The notes under the pieces are model-generated. The model had not been told where the DNA came from. It saw only the letters and a program-made list of their open reading frames with translations, and did not search any database. 41,788 bases of DNA from Chiloscyllium plagiosum (taxonomy: Eukaryota): the NCBI RefSeq assembly GCF_004010195.1, contig NC_057719.1, positions 83,928,388 through 83,970,175 on the forward strand. The letters run 5' to 3'. Position numbers and translations under genes: made by a program. The first letter of the stretch is position 1. Each line of letters opens with the position of its first letter. This document shows, in pieces, positions 23,132 to 33,673 of the stretch.

Positions 23132-23529
23132 AGTGTGTACAAGCACTTAGATACTGTTAATTAATCCCTATGGTATGTAATTAAAGGCAGAAATATGATA
23201 TACTTTTGCCCTCTTGTGCACAGCTATTATTATTGAAAAAATGTCTCAACTGCGTTTTTCTTTCACAACAATTGTAATCCCCTCCCAACCCTTTTCAGAA
23301 GTGATGATATTGAACTGAGATTTACGTCAATGGCATAAATCTCCAGCTGCAACCAAATATTAAACTTAGATAGATTCACCGTGGACAACCTTGAGAAAAA
23401 CCCCATCATGTTAGGTTTTGGAATGCTGCCAGCTAGGTGAGACCAATGTCTGTGGCAATGCTATTGTCTGTGGCACCACTAATAGCACTAAGCTCATACA
23501 ATGTTAAAAGTTGCAATGCTTTTTTATTT

Positions 23530-23832
23530 AGTTCACTCATAAGATGTTCACACCAATACCTGGTCCAACATTTATTGCCTGCCGCTTCTTACCCTTGAGA
23601 AAGTGGCAGTGAACTGCCGTGTTGAACCGCTGCAGCCCATGAATTGTATATTGACCCACAATGCATTTGGGAAGGAATTCCAAGATTATGATCCAATGAC
23701 CGTCGAGATGTATCATCATTCCTTCACTGTAATGGGGTCAAAGTCCGGGAGTTGCCTCTCTGATGGCATTGTGAACTTACCTTCAACACATGGACTGCAA
23801 CATTTCAAGAAGGCAGGTCACCGCTACCTTCT
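23530..23832. mobile_element. Two old LINE 3' fragments in inverted orientation
   Basis: 23598-23712 is homologous to the reverse complement of 23718-23832; the left copy carries the tail shared with the 10281 SINE family (CATTTATTGCC). Confidence 0.55.
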
Positions 23833-23839
23833 GCCGCAT

Positions 23840-24145
23840 AGAACCAGGGTCCCGGGTTCGGTTCCATCCTAGGGAGGTGTATGCGTGTGTGTGTGCGGTC
23901 TCCCAGTATCTACGTGGAATTCCTTCAGGGGCTCCAGTTTTCTCCCACAATCCAAAGATGCGCAGGTTAGATGAATTAGCCATGCTAAATTGCCCATAGT
24001 GTTCAGGGATGTGTAGGTTAGGGTGCATCAGTCAGGAATAAGTATAGGGTAGGAGAATGAGTCTGGATGGGTTACTCTTCAGAGGGTCGGTGTGAACTTG
24101 TTAGGTCGAAGGGCCTATTCCCACACTGTAGGGATTCTAAATCTA
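23840..24145 (+). mobile_element. HE1-type V-SINE (5' end clipped)
   Basis: ACCAGGGTCCCGGGTTCGGTTCC, CTCCCACAATCCAAAGATGCGCAGGTTAG, tail CCCACACTGTAGGGATTCTA. Confidence 0.8.
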
Positions 24146-24204
24146 AAAGTGTATTGTGGCACACCGTCATTGTTACCTTGCCCAGTAAAGTCAGGTTTTG
24201 ATTC

Positions 24205-25024
24205 ACATAGAATCTCAGAGTCATATAGCACGAAAACAGACCTTTCGGTCCATCCAGTCCATGCTGAACATAATCCCAAACTAGACTAGACTCACCCGCC
24301 TGCTCCTGGCCCATATCCCTCCAAACCTTCCTAGACATGTAGTTATCCAAATATCTTTTAAAAGTTGTAATTGTACCCGCATCCATCACTTTATCAGAAA
24401 ATTCATTCCACATGCGAATCACCCGATGTGTAAAGAATTTGCCCCATGTCTTTTTTTAGATCTCTCTCCTCTCACCTTAAAAATGTACCTAGTCTTGAAA
24501 GCCTCCATCCTAGGGAAAAGACAACTATCATTAACTCTGTCAAACCTCTCATTATTTTATAAACTTCTATCAGATTGCATCTCAACCATCAACATTGCAG
24601 CCTATCCAACCTTTCTTTATAATTCAAACCTTTCATACCTGGCTACATCCTGGTAAATCTCTTCTCCAGCTTGATAATATCTTTTGTAAAGTTGGGCGAC
24701 TAGAACTGGACACAGGACGCCAGAAGAGGCTTCACCAATGTCTTATACAACTTCAACGTGACTTCCCAAATCCTATACTCAAAGGACAGAGCAACGAAGG
24801 AAAACATGCCAAATATCTTTTTAACTACCCTGTCAAGTGAGACACAAACTTCAGAGAATTATGTAACTGCACCCCCTAGGTCCCTCCATTTTATAACATT
24901 ACCAAGGTCCGACCATTAATTGTATAAGCCCTACCCAAGGTTTTTGTATCAAAATGCTAAACCTCGCATTTATCCAGATTGAACTCCATCTGCCATTTTT
25001 CAGCCAATTGACCCATTTAGATCA
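24205..25024 (-). mobile_element. CR1 LINE 'A' (outer layer), 3' part; continues at 26801-26910
   Basis: Peptide IRMWNEFSDKVMDAGTITTFKRYLD; the sequence breaks at GACCCATTTAGATCA and resumes at CATTTTGATCAAGAACCCTTTGTAATCTT. Confidence 0.8.
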
Positions 25025-25376
25025 TAAGACATAAGCGTGCAAGCAAGGCCATTCGGCCCAACGAGGTAACTCCACCATTTAATCATGGCTGATAGGTATT
25101 TCAATTCCACTTGCCCGCACTGTCCCCGTAGCCCTTAATTCCTTGCAAGATCAAGAATTTATCGATCACTGCCTTGAAGACATCCAGAATCCCAGCTTCC
25201 ACTGCACTCTGTGGCAACGAATTCCACAGGTCCACCACTCTCTGGCTGAAGAAATGTCTCCTCATTTCCATTCTAAGTTGACCCCCTCTAATTTTAAGGC
25301 TATCCCCACGGGTCTTAGCCTCCCCACCTAATGGAAACAATTTCCCAGCATCTACCCTTTCTAAACCTTGTATTAT
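25025..25376 (-). mobile_element. CR1 LINE 'B' (middle layer), 3' part
   Basis: Peptide IQGLERVDAGKLFP...FFSQRVVDLWNSLP plus (CTTATGT)-type tail. Confidence 0.85.
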
Positions 25377-26038
25377 AGAGTCATAGAGATGTAAAGCGCG
25401 GAAACAGACCCTTCGGTCCAACTCGTCCATGCTGACCAGATATTCCAATCGAATCTCGTCCCACCTGCGAGCATCCGGCCCATATCCCTCCAAACGCTTC
25501 CTATTCATATAGGCATCCAGATACCTTTTAAATGTTGCAATTGTACCAGCCTCCACCACTTCCTCTCGCCGCTCATTCCATACACGTACCACCGTCTGCC
25601 CCTTAGGTCTCTCTCTTATCTTTTCCCTATCACCCTAAACCTATGCCCTTTAATTCTGGACTCACCAACCCCAGGGAAAAGACTTTGAGTATTTATCCTG
25701 TCCATGCCCCTCATGATTTTATAAATCTCTACAAGGTCACCTCTCAGCCTCCAACACTCCAGAGAAAACAGCCCTAACCTATTCAACCTCTCCCAAAGCT
25801 CAAATCCTCCAACCCTGGTAACATTCCTGTAAATCTTTTCTGAACCCTTTCAAGTTTCATAACATCTTTCCGATAGGAAGGAGACCATAATTGCAAGCAA
25901 TATTCCAACAGTGGCCTAACTAATGTCCTGTACAGGTGCAACATGACTTCCCCACTCCTGTACTTAATATTCTGTCCAATAAAGGAACGTATACCAAACA
26001 CCTTCTTCACTATCCTATCCGCCTGAGACTCCACTTTC
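25377..26038 (-). mobile_element. CR1/HER1 LINE 'C' 3' ~660 bp (LINE part of the KLC1 chimera)
   Basis: Peptides LYRTLVRPLLEYCLQLWSPSYRKD and VRVWNERREEVVEAG; tail CTCTATGACTCT; close to the 27180-28560 copy. Confidence 0.88.
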
Positions 26039-26323
26039 TTATGAGTTTAAAACATGCTGGAAATGAATGAAAATGATATTGAATAACCTGAAATTTAGTT
26101 TCCATTTCAGATAATTGGCTTACTTCCAAAAATATTATTTAAGTATAGAGAAGGAATTTAGTGCTTCACCAGTACTAAAGCATTATGTCTTCTCAAAGGC
26201 ATTGATGCCTCTCCACAGTGCCAATGGAAACATTTAATGTTGAGGTAAATTGGCAAGAACATGAGTAGTGTACACAGTACCTTACCAAAACAAAGCTTGA
26301 TGTACAAGTTTGGAAGTGTTTAT

Positions 26324-26559
26324 CTGTGCCTCACTGAGACCAAATTCTAACATTTCCAGAGACTTGCGGATCATGTTGGATTTCTCTTCAACCAAGTTCA
26401 CCTCATCATCTTTCTTCAGACATTTCAGGGTTGTGCTCATTTTTTAAGGCTTTCAAGTCCTTGGATCACTTGCTTTGTCTTGCCAATAATCTCTTCTTGT
26501 GACAGCTTTTCCAGTTTATCTTCCTTTAAATACATCACTGTGGACATGGTACCATACAT
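26324..26559 (-). pseudogene. KLC1: Kinesin light chain 1 first-coding-exon pseudogenic fragment
   Basis: Minus strand from ATG 26559: MYGTMSTVMYLKEDKLEKLSQEEIIGKTKQVIQGLE / (+1 A at ~26452) ALKNEH / (~26-nt deletion) TLKCLKKDDEVNLVEEKSNMIRKSLEMLEFGLSEAQ. This matches the vertebrate KLC1 N-terminus as I recall it (MYDNMSTMVYIKEDKLEKLTQDEIISKTKQVIQGLEALKNEH...LSEAQ). Premature TGA at 26439-26437. Confidence 0.9.
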
Positions 26560-26578
26560 CCGTTTGCTTCAAATTTTT

Positions 26579-26800
26579 CTTGTAAGTTTCTGTTAGATCT
26601 CCCCATAACCTTCTAACCTCGATTGAATACAATCTCAGGATCCTCAGCCGATCATCATATGTTAGGCCTACGATCCCAGGGATCATCCATGTGAATCTCT
26701 GCTGGACATGCTCCAGTGCCAGTATGTCCTTCCTGAGGTGTGGGGCCCAAAATTGGACACAGTATTCTAAATGGAGCCTAACTAGAGCTTTACAAAGTCT
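26579..26800 (-). mobile_element. CR1 LINE 'B', 5' part
   Basis: Peptide ALVRLHLEYCVQFWAPHLRKD...RLWGDLTETYK, which joins in register to IIQGLERVD at 25376. Confidence 0.85.
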
Positions 26801-26910
26801 CATTTTGATCAAGAACCCTTTGTAATCTTACAAAACCTTCTTCACTGTCACCTACAAATGTACTAGTCATGCCTCTGTATTCTCATCCACATCATATATA
26901 TAAATGAAAT
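26801..26910 (-). mobile_element. CR1 LINE 'A', 5' remnant
   Basis: GATCAAGAACCCTTTGTAATCTT...CCTTCTTCACTGTC parallels 27979-28021 and continues element A. Confidence 0.6.
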
Positions 26911-26984
26911 AATTTGTTATAGAAGTTGACTTTTACAGAGATCTCAGTAAAGGGCATGGGAAGTAGCTTGAATTAAGAAATGTT

Positions 26985-27179
26985 CATAGAGTCCCTCCAC
27001 AGTGGAAGCAGGCCATTTGAACCATCAAGTCTACACTAGCCCTCCAGACAGCATCCCACCCAGACCCAACCCCTACCCTGTTCCTGTAACCCTGCATTTC
27101 CCATGGCTATTGCATCTAGCTGGCACATCCCTGGATACTACAGGGCAATTTCCCACGGCCAATCAACCTAAACTGCACA
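26985..27179 (-). mobile_element. HE1-type SINE 3' half, interrupted by a CR1 (resumes 28561-28578)
   Basis: GGGCAATTT...CCAATCAACCTAAACTGCACA | TCTTTGGACTATGGGAG. Confidence 0.7.
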
Positions 27180-28560
27180 AAGAGTCATAGAGATGTACGG
27201 CATGGAAACAGACCATTTGGTCCAACTCGTCCATTCTAACCAGATATCCTAAATTAATCTAGTCACATTTGCCAACACTGCTCTAAACCCTACCTATTCA
27301 TATGCCCATCCAGATGCCTTTTAAATGCTGCAATTGTACCAGCCTCCACCACTTCCACTGGTAGCTCATTCCAAACATGTGCCACCCTCTGTGTGAAAAA
27401 GTTGTTCCTTCGGTCCCTTTTAAATCGTTACTCTCTCACCCTAACTCTGGCTCTGGACTCCCCCACGCCAGGGAAAAGGCTTTGTCTATTGACCCTATCC
27501 ATGCCTTTTCTAAGGTCACCCCTCAGATTCTGATGCTCCGGGGAAATAGGGCCAGTCTATTCAGCCTCTCCCTATAGCTTAAATCCTCCAACCCTGGCAA
27601 CATTCTTGTAATTCTTTTCTGAATCCTTTCAAGTTTCACAACATCTTTCCGATAGGAAGGAGACCAGAATTGCAAGCAATATTCCAACAGTGGCCTAACC
27701 AATGTCCTGTACAGCTGCAACATGACCTCCCAACTCCTGTACTCAATACTTTGACCAATAAAGGACAGCAAACAAATTCTTCATTGCCCTATCTATCTGT
27801 GACTCCATTTTCACGGAACTATAAACCTGCACTCCAAGGTCTCTTTGTTCAGCAACACTCCCTAGGGCCTTACCATTAACTGTATAATTCCTGCTCTGAT
27901 CTGCCTTTCCAAAATGCAGCACCTCATATTTATCTAAATGAAACACCATCTACCACTCCTTAGCCCATTGGCCCAACTGATCAAGATCCTGTTGTACTCT
28001 GAGGTAACCTTCTTCACTGTCTGCTACACCTCCAAGTTTGGCGTCATCTGCAAACTTACTAAACATTCCTCCTATGCTGACATCCAAATCATTTACATAA
28101 ATGACGAAAAGCAGTGGACCCAGTGCTGATCCTTGTGGAACATTGCAGGTCACAGGCCTCCAGTCTGAAAAACAACCCTCCACCACCACCCTCTGTCTTC
28201 TACCTTCAAGTCAGTTCTGTATTGAAATGGCTAGTTCTCTCTGGACTCCTGTGATCTAACCTTGCCAACCAGTCTACCATGAGGAACCTTGTGAACGCTT
28301 TACTGAAAGTCCATATCGATCACGTCCACCGCTCTGCCCTCATCAATCCTCTTCGTTACTTCCTCAAAAAACTCAATCAAGTTGGTGAGACATGATTTCC
28401 CACACACAAAACCATGTTGACTATTTCTAATCAATCCTTGCCTTTCCAAATACATATAAATCTTGTCCCTCAGGATTCCTTCTAACAACTTGCCCACCAC
28501 AGATGTCACGCTCACCAGTCTACAGATTCCTGACTTTTCCTTATCATCTTTCTTAAATAA
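27180..28560 (-). mobile_element. CR1/HER1 LINE, ~1.4 kb 5'-truncated, RT domain
   Basis: Peptides SQHGFVCGKSCLTNLIEFFE, VPQGSALGPLLFVIYVNDLD, KFADDAK, LVRPLLEYCLQFWSP; frameshifted. Confidence 0.92.
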
Positions 28561-28814
28561 TTCTTTGGACTATGGGAGTTTTTGAGGGACATTGTAAAAT
28601 ATTGCACAGAAAAATCAATAATTGACCTTACCAACAACAGTCTCTCTTGTTTGTGTCCCTTTTAAATGTTTTGTGTGGCTACACAGAGGTAACATAGAGG
28701 CAAATGTACACATAGCTCATGAGACGGCCTTTGGGTAGCTGCATGGCCTTTTATAGGGAACACTGCTCACAAGGGATCAGTAGACCCATAGTAAATAAAG
28801 AACCCGCATGTGTT

Positions 28815-28985
28815 TCATATCTTATATGATCGCTGAAGAAAGTTTTAAAAGTAGAGACTGTTGTAATGTAGGCAAGTCTGGCAGGCAATACGTGCAGAGC
28901 AAGCTCCCACAAACAACAACTAATGATGAGCAGATAATCTGTTTTAGTGATGCTGCTTGAAGGATTAGCCAGAGCACCCAAGTTG
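28815..28985 (-). mobile_element. Deu-domain SINE fragment
   Basis: ACTGTTGTAATGTAGG...GCAAGCTCCCACAAACA...CAGATAATCTGTTTTAGTGATG is the reverse Deu-domain pattern, homologous to 8610-8958. Confidence 0.65.
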
Positions 28986-29149
28986 AAACTTGCATAAGTA
29001 TAACTTGTTTCCTTCCAAATGCATGCCAATACCCGACCGACCTTGTTGTCAACAGATTCACAGTGACAGATTCTTCATAAGTATGCTCTATAATTATCCT
29101 ATAATCTTTTCCCTTGCTAATCGACACCATTTTACATAACACACAGCAG

Positions 29150-29410
29150 CCTGACATTTATATCCATGTTAAAATCCATTTGCTATTTCTCAGCCCATCT
29201 GCTTGATTCCTCTAAATCCCAGAGGATTACTGTGAATCCTCTCACTACTTACTAACCCTATACAATGTTGTGTTCATCACTAAATACTGCAGTAACCTGC
29301 TTCACATCAATCACAAACAGTGTGAGCAGCAGGGGCCCAGAGCTAATCCCTGCAGACCTCCTGTGGTCACTACAGAATCTTCCTTGTTTATATCCACACT
29401 CGGCCAATTT
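29150..29410 (-). mobile_element. Very old CR1 RT fragment
   Basis: GGGCCCAGAGCTAATCCCTGC (reverse QGxxLGP) and AAATCCATTTGCTA (WQMxF-like). Confidence 0.4.
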
Positions 29411-31499
29411 TTAATGCAGTTAAATAAAATATATTCCATTCCATGATTCAATGAGGATAATGGGTCAGGTATAGTAGACTGAATGCACATGTAAAATTCA
29501 ACTGCATCCCATCATTACAGATCAAATTACATAACTATACACATACATATTAACCCTTAAATGCAACAAAAGTGACACAAGATTGATAACAATGTGCTGT
29601 CACCATTACTGGGCATCACAGAAAATCCCTATTAAATTTCAAGGAAAATGTTTTAAAAAATTATCTATGCGAAGGAAGATGAAGAAAATTAACCAATGTT
29701 TTCCATCCCTCACTTTCGAAAAAGCAGACTGAAACCCCACAGCCTATCTGCCTCAATGAATTTGGCCAGTAAAATAATTCAGTATTCAATATCATCTATT
29801 TTTGAGAGCTAGATCTGCATCTGCCTTAACGCCCAACCAGTGGTAGGAATGAAACATTTTCCCAATGCCAACATTCGGTGCCAGCATTAAACATTCCCAG
29901 GATAGGAACAGCACACAATGGATACAGAGTCACTTTCCCGAACAATGTGGCTCAGCTTCAACCTCAAAACAGCATCTTCCCCCTACGTGGACTTTCTTCC
30001 ATTCAGATCTGTCATAACTCTCTTACGTTTGTTAAAAAGTGAGAAAACGATGTTTTTAATTGCCGCATACCTATTGGAACAGCTTGAACTTGTTTCAACT
30101 TTGAGCCAGCAATGAGAAGAAGCTTTAAAATGTCAGTCTGGCCTAGATTTTGCTCCAGCCAGTTCAAATCTGTTACCTCATACCAAGGGGACAGAACAAA
30201 AAGAATTAGAGAAAGATAGAAGATATGAAGGTGGAGGGACAAGGAGATGGATAAAAAGAGGTAGAAATGGTTTTGATGCCAAATTTAACAACCCACCAGT
30301 TATCAAGAGGAATCAACAGTCTCCCCAAGAAAACAGTGTAGAAATATCCCTTTGATGATTTATTTGGTTATATAAATGGACAAACAAACAACCGCAATGA
30401 TTATGAGAGGGATCAGGCCTGTTAGTATGTGCTAGAAGACACTGGACAAATGTTTAGCTCAGTAAAAAACAAACGTACCAAACTAAGAAATATAATCTGC
30501 AAACAGCAAACATACAGGCCCGGATCTCCTATTTAATCCAATAAACAGAATTCTGCACCAGGATCAAAGGGTGGAAATTGGCTGTGTTCTTTCAGTTACA
30601 TTGTAATTGAAGCCAACCAACACTTAATGCTTCATGCAACTAACAGCAACACAAACACAATATCAAACTGTCCATACAGATGAGATTGAGTTTTGACCCA
30701 AACTTGTGTGGAACGGAGGTGTTAATGACATACAACCACATTCCAAGTGAGCAAAGGAACATGGTACTTATGAAAGCAGCAGAGAATAATGAAACAGAAG
30801 TTATCACTTTAGATTTTACAGTCGACAAGTGAACGCTGACAATTCTCAGAATTTTCCCTGGAGTATCTATATCATTCCTTCAGTATCCACTTAATCCCTG
30901 GAATGTTGTTGCTTGATTAATGTTCTTCAGTGCTGGGCATCTAACTCCACTTCAAAGAGATGTAATCAATCCTGTGGATACTATGTGAGCCGGATAATCT
31001 TCAGTCATCTGGCAATCAAGGAGTTAACGCCATTGCTATCTGCTTTCCTCTCCACCCATCCCATCCCTTCGAAAATTACACTGTTTGCAACAATCCTTCG
31101 CTCACATGTCCATGCCCTCGTCAGACCACTGTACAAACCTCATTAATGGTAGTTATTGGACTTTTTGATCAATTAAGAGTCATTTCACCAATAGTTGTTC
31201 GAGTAAACACAATCCTAATATTAAGCAACCATTCCTAGAAGTTTCCAATCCCATTCATAGGTGTTCTTTTGTTCATTCACGGGATGTGGGTGCTACTGCA
31301 GGGCCACCACTTCTGTCAATTCTAACTTGCTTTGAGGAAGTGAGGGTGAACGACTTGCAGGTACATCCGTATTGCCTTTAAAGGGGTTAAATCAATAAGA
31401 ACAATGGAAGTGCGTGGTCTGTGCTGGCTACTGCAATGTTTACACAGGAGCATACAACTTTGCTGGATGATGGATTTTGATACTTTTATATTGCACCAA

Positions 31500-32219
31500 A
31501 TGTCTATAACTGCCTAACAACAGATTTTAAATATCTTTAAAGAAGTAGTTTGACAATGAACTGAGGGGAGAGAAAGCAGTTGAGACACAGACTTCCGAAA
31601 AAAACTCGTAAGCAAGCCAGACTCTACTCTCACTATTTTTTTTTGTTAAAATCGAAAAGAAATAACACTCAAAGTCTTCACAAAAAGAAAGAAAACTCCT
31701 CATTCAAGACAACATCTAAGTCTAACTGGCCAGCCACCAGAATTGAGGATCTCCATTGTTAACAGTGTAATATTATTTACAAAAACCAAACCAAAGTTTG
31801 TCAGAAAGTCACCTGATTTCCCCTTTTGGCTTGAACTTTGATCTACAGACTTTGTGCCTTTTTTGCCTATAATTTCTACCCACAATATTCCTAAAAAGAT
31901 TGTTCGCCTTATCTGTCTGCCCATTTTATTTGTGAGAGAGAGTGTGTGTGTGTGTGTATGTGTATGCGTGTGTAAATGCATGTTTTGCGCTCGGAGCATA
32001 AAATTATGTTTGCATATTAGTAATTAATAATAATTTTGCCACATGATGGAAGATGAGTTCATTACAATTAGATCTTATTTGTTGATTAAACCTGCTGGGA
32101 GTTTCTTTTTTCTTAGACAGTGGCCATTAACCATCCTAGAGTCTAATCTGGTCATATTTCACACTCATGGAATTGTGGGGTTTGACTTCCAGAGCACTCG
32201 TCCGATCAGAGTCGTGACA
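31500..32219. mobile_element. Possible solo LTR
   Basis: Non-coding block with an internal (GT)n tract and ATTAAA, ending in GTCGTGACA (LTR-like CA end); left end and TSD not found. Confidence 0.25.
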
Positions 32220-32302
32220 GGAGTTCCAAATGGAATAGAACATTCAATCATCAGAAAACAACACGACTTTTGACCTTTTGATGAAGCCAGCTGAAAATGC
32301 AT

Positions 32303-32640
32303 AAAATCCCTACAGTGTGGAAACAGGCCCTTCGGTCCAATAAGTCCACACCAACCCCCCCAAAGAGTATCCCGCCCAAACCTGTTCCCTGTTACTCTAC
32401 CTTTACTCCGACTAATGCACCTAACCTACACATCCCTGAATACTACGGGCAATTTAGCATGGCCAATTCACCTAATCTGCACATCTGTGGATTGTGGGAG
32501 GAAACCGGAGTACCCGGAGGACACCCACGCAGACACGGGGTGAATGTGCAAACTCCACACAGACAATCGTCCAAGAATGGAATCAAACCCGGGTCCCTGG
32601 TGCTGAGAGGCAGCAGTGCTAACCACTGAGCCACCGTGCT
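32303..32640 (-). mobile_element. HE1-type V-SINE, full length
   Basis: Minus strand AGCACGGTGGCTCAGTGGTTAGCACTGCTGCCTC head, V-domain, tail CCACACTGTAGGGATT. Confidence 0.88.
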
Positions 32641-32879
32641 GTCTCAAATGGTTGAGGCTATGACTCTGCACTGAGCATTTTGAGACATGAGGCCTGGGTT
32701 CAAGACCCATTCTGCTCCAAAGACGTATAATAACATCTGAAAGGACTGATAAAAGGAAAATCTGCAGTGAAGATCTCCTATAGAGATGCCCTGAGATTGA
32801 CATGATTAGCCTTAAAAACACAACCATCTTCCTTTGTGCTATTTATGACTCAAGCTGAAGAAGAGTGGCCACCAATCCA

Positions 32880-33400
32880 ATTTTAATTCTCAAAGCGGTC
32901 ACTGTCACTGCTCCTCTGCAATTCAGCTGATTTCACGTTATGAGGTCTGAAGCTGAGTTGCCCTGGCAGAATCCAAACTCAATATTGGTAATCAGATTAC
33001 TGTCAAGTGAGTGTCATTTAATAACTCCGTCAATAACACTTTCTGTTACTGATAATCAAACATGGAATACAGGGCAAATGTCTGCCAGATTGGATTTGTC
33101 CTGCTTTTAGTCGACAAAGAAAGACTTGGACAATTTTTCATACTGTCAGGTAAATGCCAGCATTGTAGCTGCCCTAGAATGCCATGGTGAAGGAGTGCAG
33201 GGAGTTCTGGAATACAAATCTCCAGTTCTCAGTGTTCATACCTTCAGTACCTATCCAGTACACTCAGCCATTTCTCAATATCATGTAGAGTTAATCAAAT
33301 TGACTAAAGCATGGCACACCTTCTAGGCATGACAGGAGGATCACTCACTCAGCACTTCTATTCAGAGAGGGTTGCAAATGTTTTAACCTTTTTCTATTTC
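32880..33400 (-). mobile_element. Old LINE ORF2 remnant (CR1/L2-like)
   Basis: GGATTTGTCCTGCTTTT...GGACAATTTTCATACTGTCAGGTAAATGCCAG resembles reverse LINE RT N-terminal sequence; heavily decayed. Confidence 0.4.
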
Positions 33401-33417
33401 CCATGCAACCAAATTTT

Positions 33418-33673
33418 GGGCAGCACGGTGGCTCAGTGGTTAGCACTGCTGCCTCACAGCACCAGGGTCTCAGGTTCGATTCCAGCCTCGGGCGACTGTC
33501 TGTGTGGAGTTTACACATTCTCCCCGTGTTTGCGTGGGTTTCCTCCCACAGTACGAAGATGTGCAGGGCAGGTGAATTGGCCGTGCTAAATTGCCCATAG
33601 TGTTAGGTGCACTAGTCAGAAGGAAATGGGTCTGGGTGGGTTTCCACACTGTAGGGAATCTAAGCTAATCTAA
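33418..33673 (+). mobile_element. HE1-type V-SINE with internal deletions
   Basis: GGGCAGCACGGTGGCTCAGTGGTTAGC, GGTTCGATTCC, CTGTGTGGAGTTTACACATTCTCCCCGTG, (TAATC)-type tail. Confidence 0.88.

Noticed and set aside
25101..25592. 163-aa ORF with two CR1 C-terminal domains as a novel fusion protein
   Set aside because: Accidental in-frame read-through across the junction of nested CR1 C and CR1 B.
26324..26559. Functional KLC1 exon of a resident gene
   Set aside because: It has a frameshift, a ~26-nt deletion, a premature stop, no acceptor and no GT donor; it is embedded inside a split CR1, and no other KLC exons were seen in the window.
32590..33490. tRNA genes at the GGTGGCTCAGTGGTTAGC / GGTTCGATTCC motifs
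   Set aside because: These are tRNA-derived SINE heads continuing into the V-domain and LINE-like tail, without a full cloverleaf.
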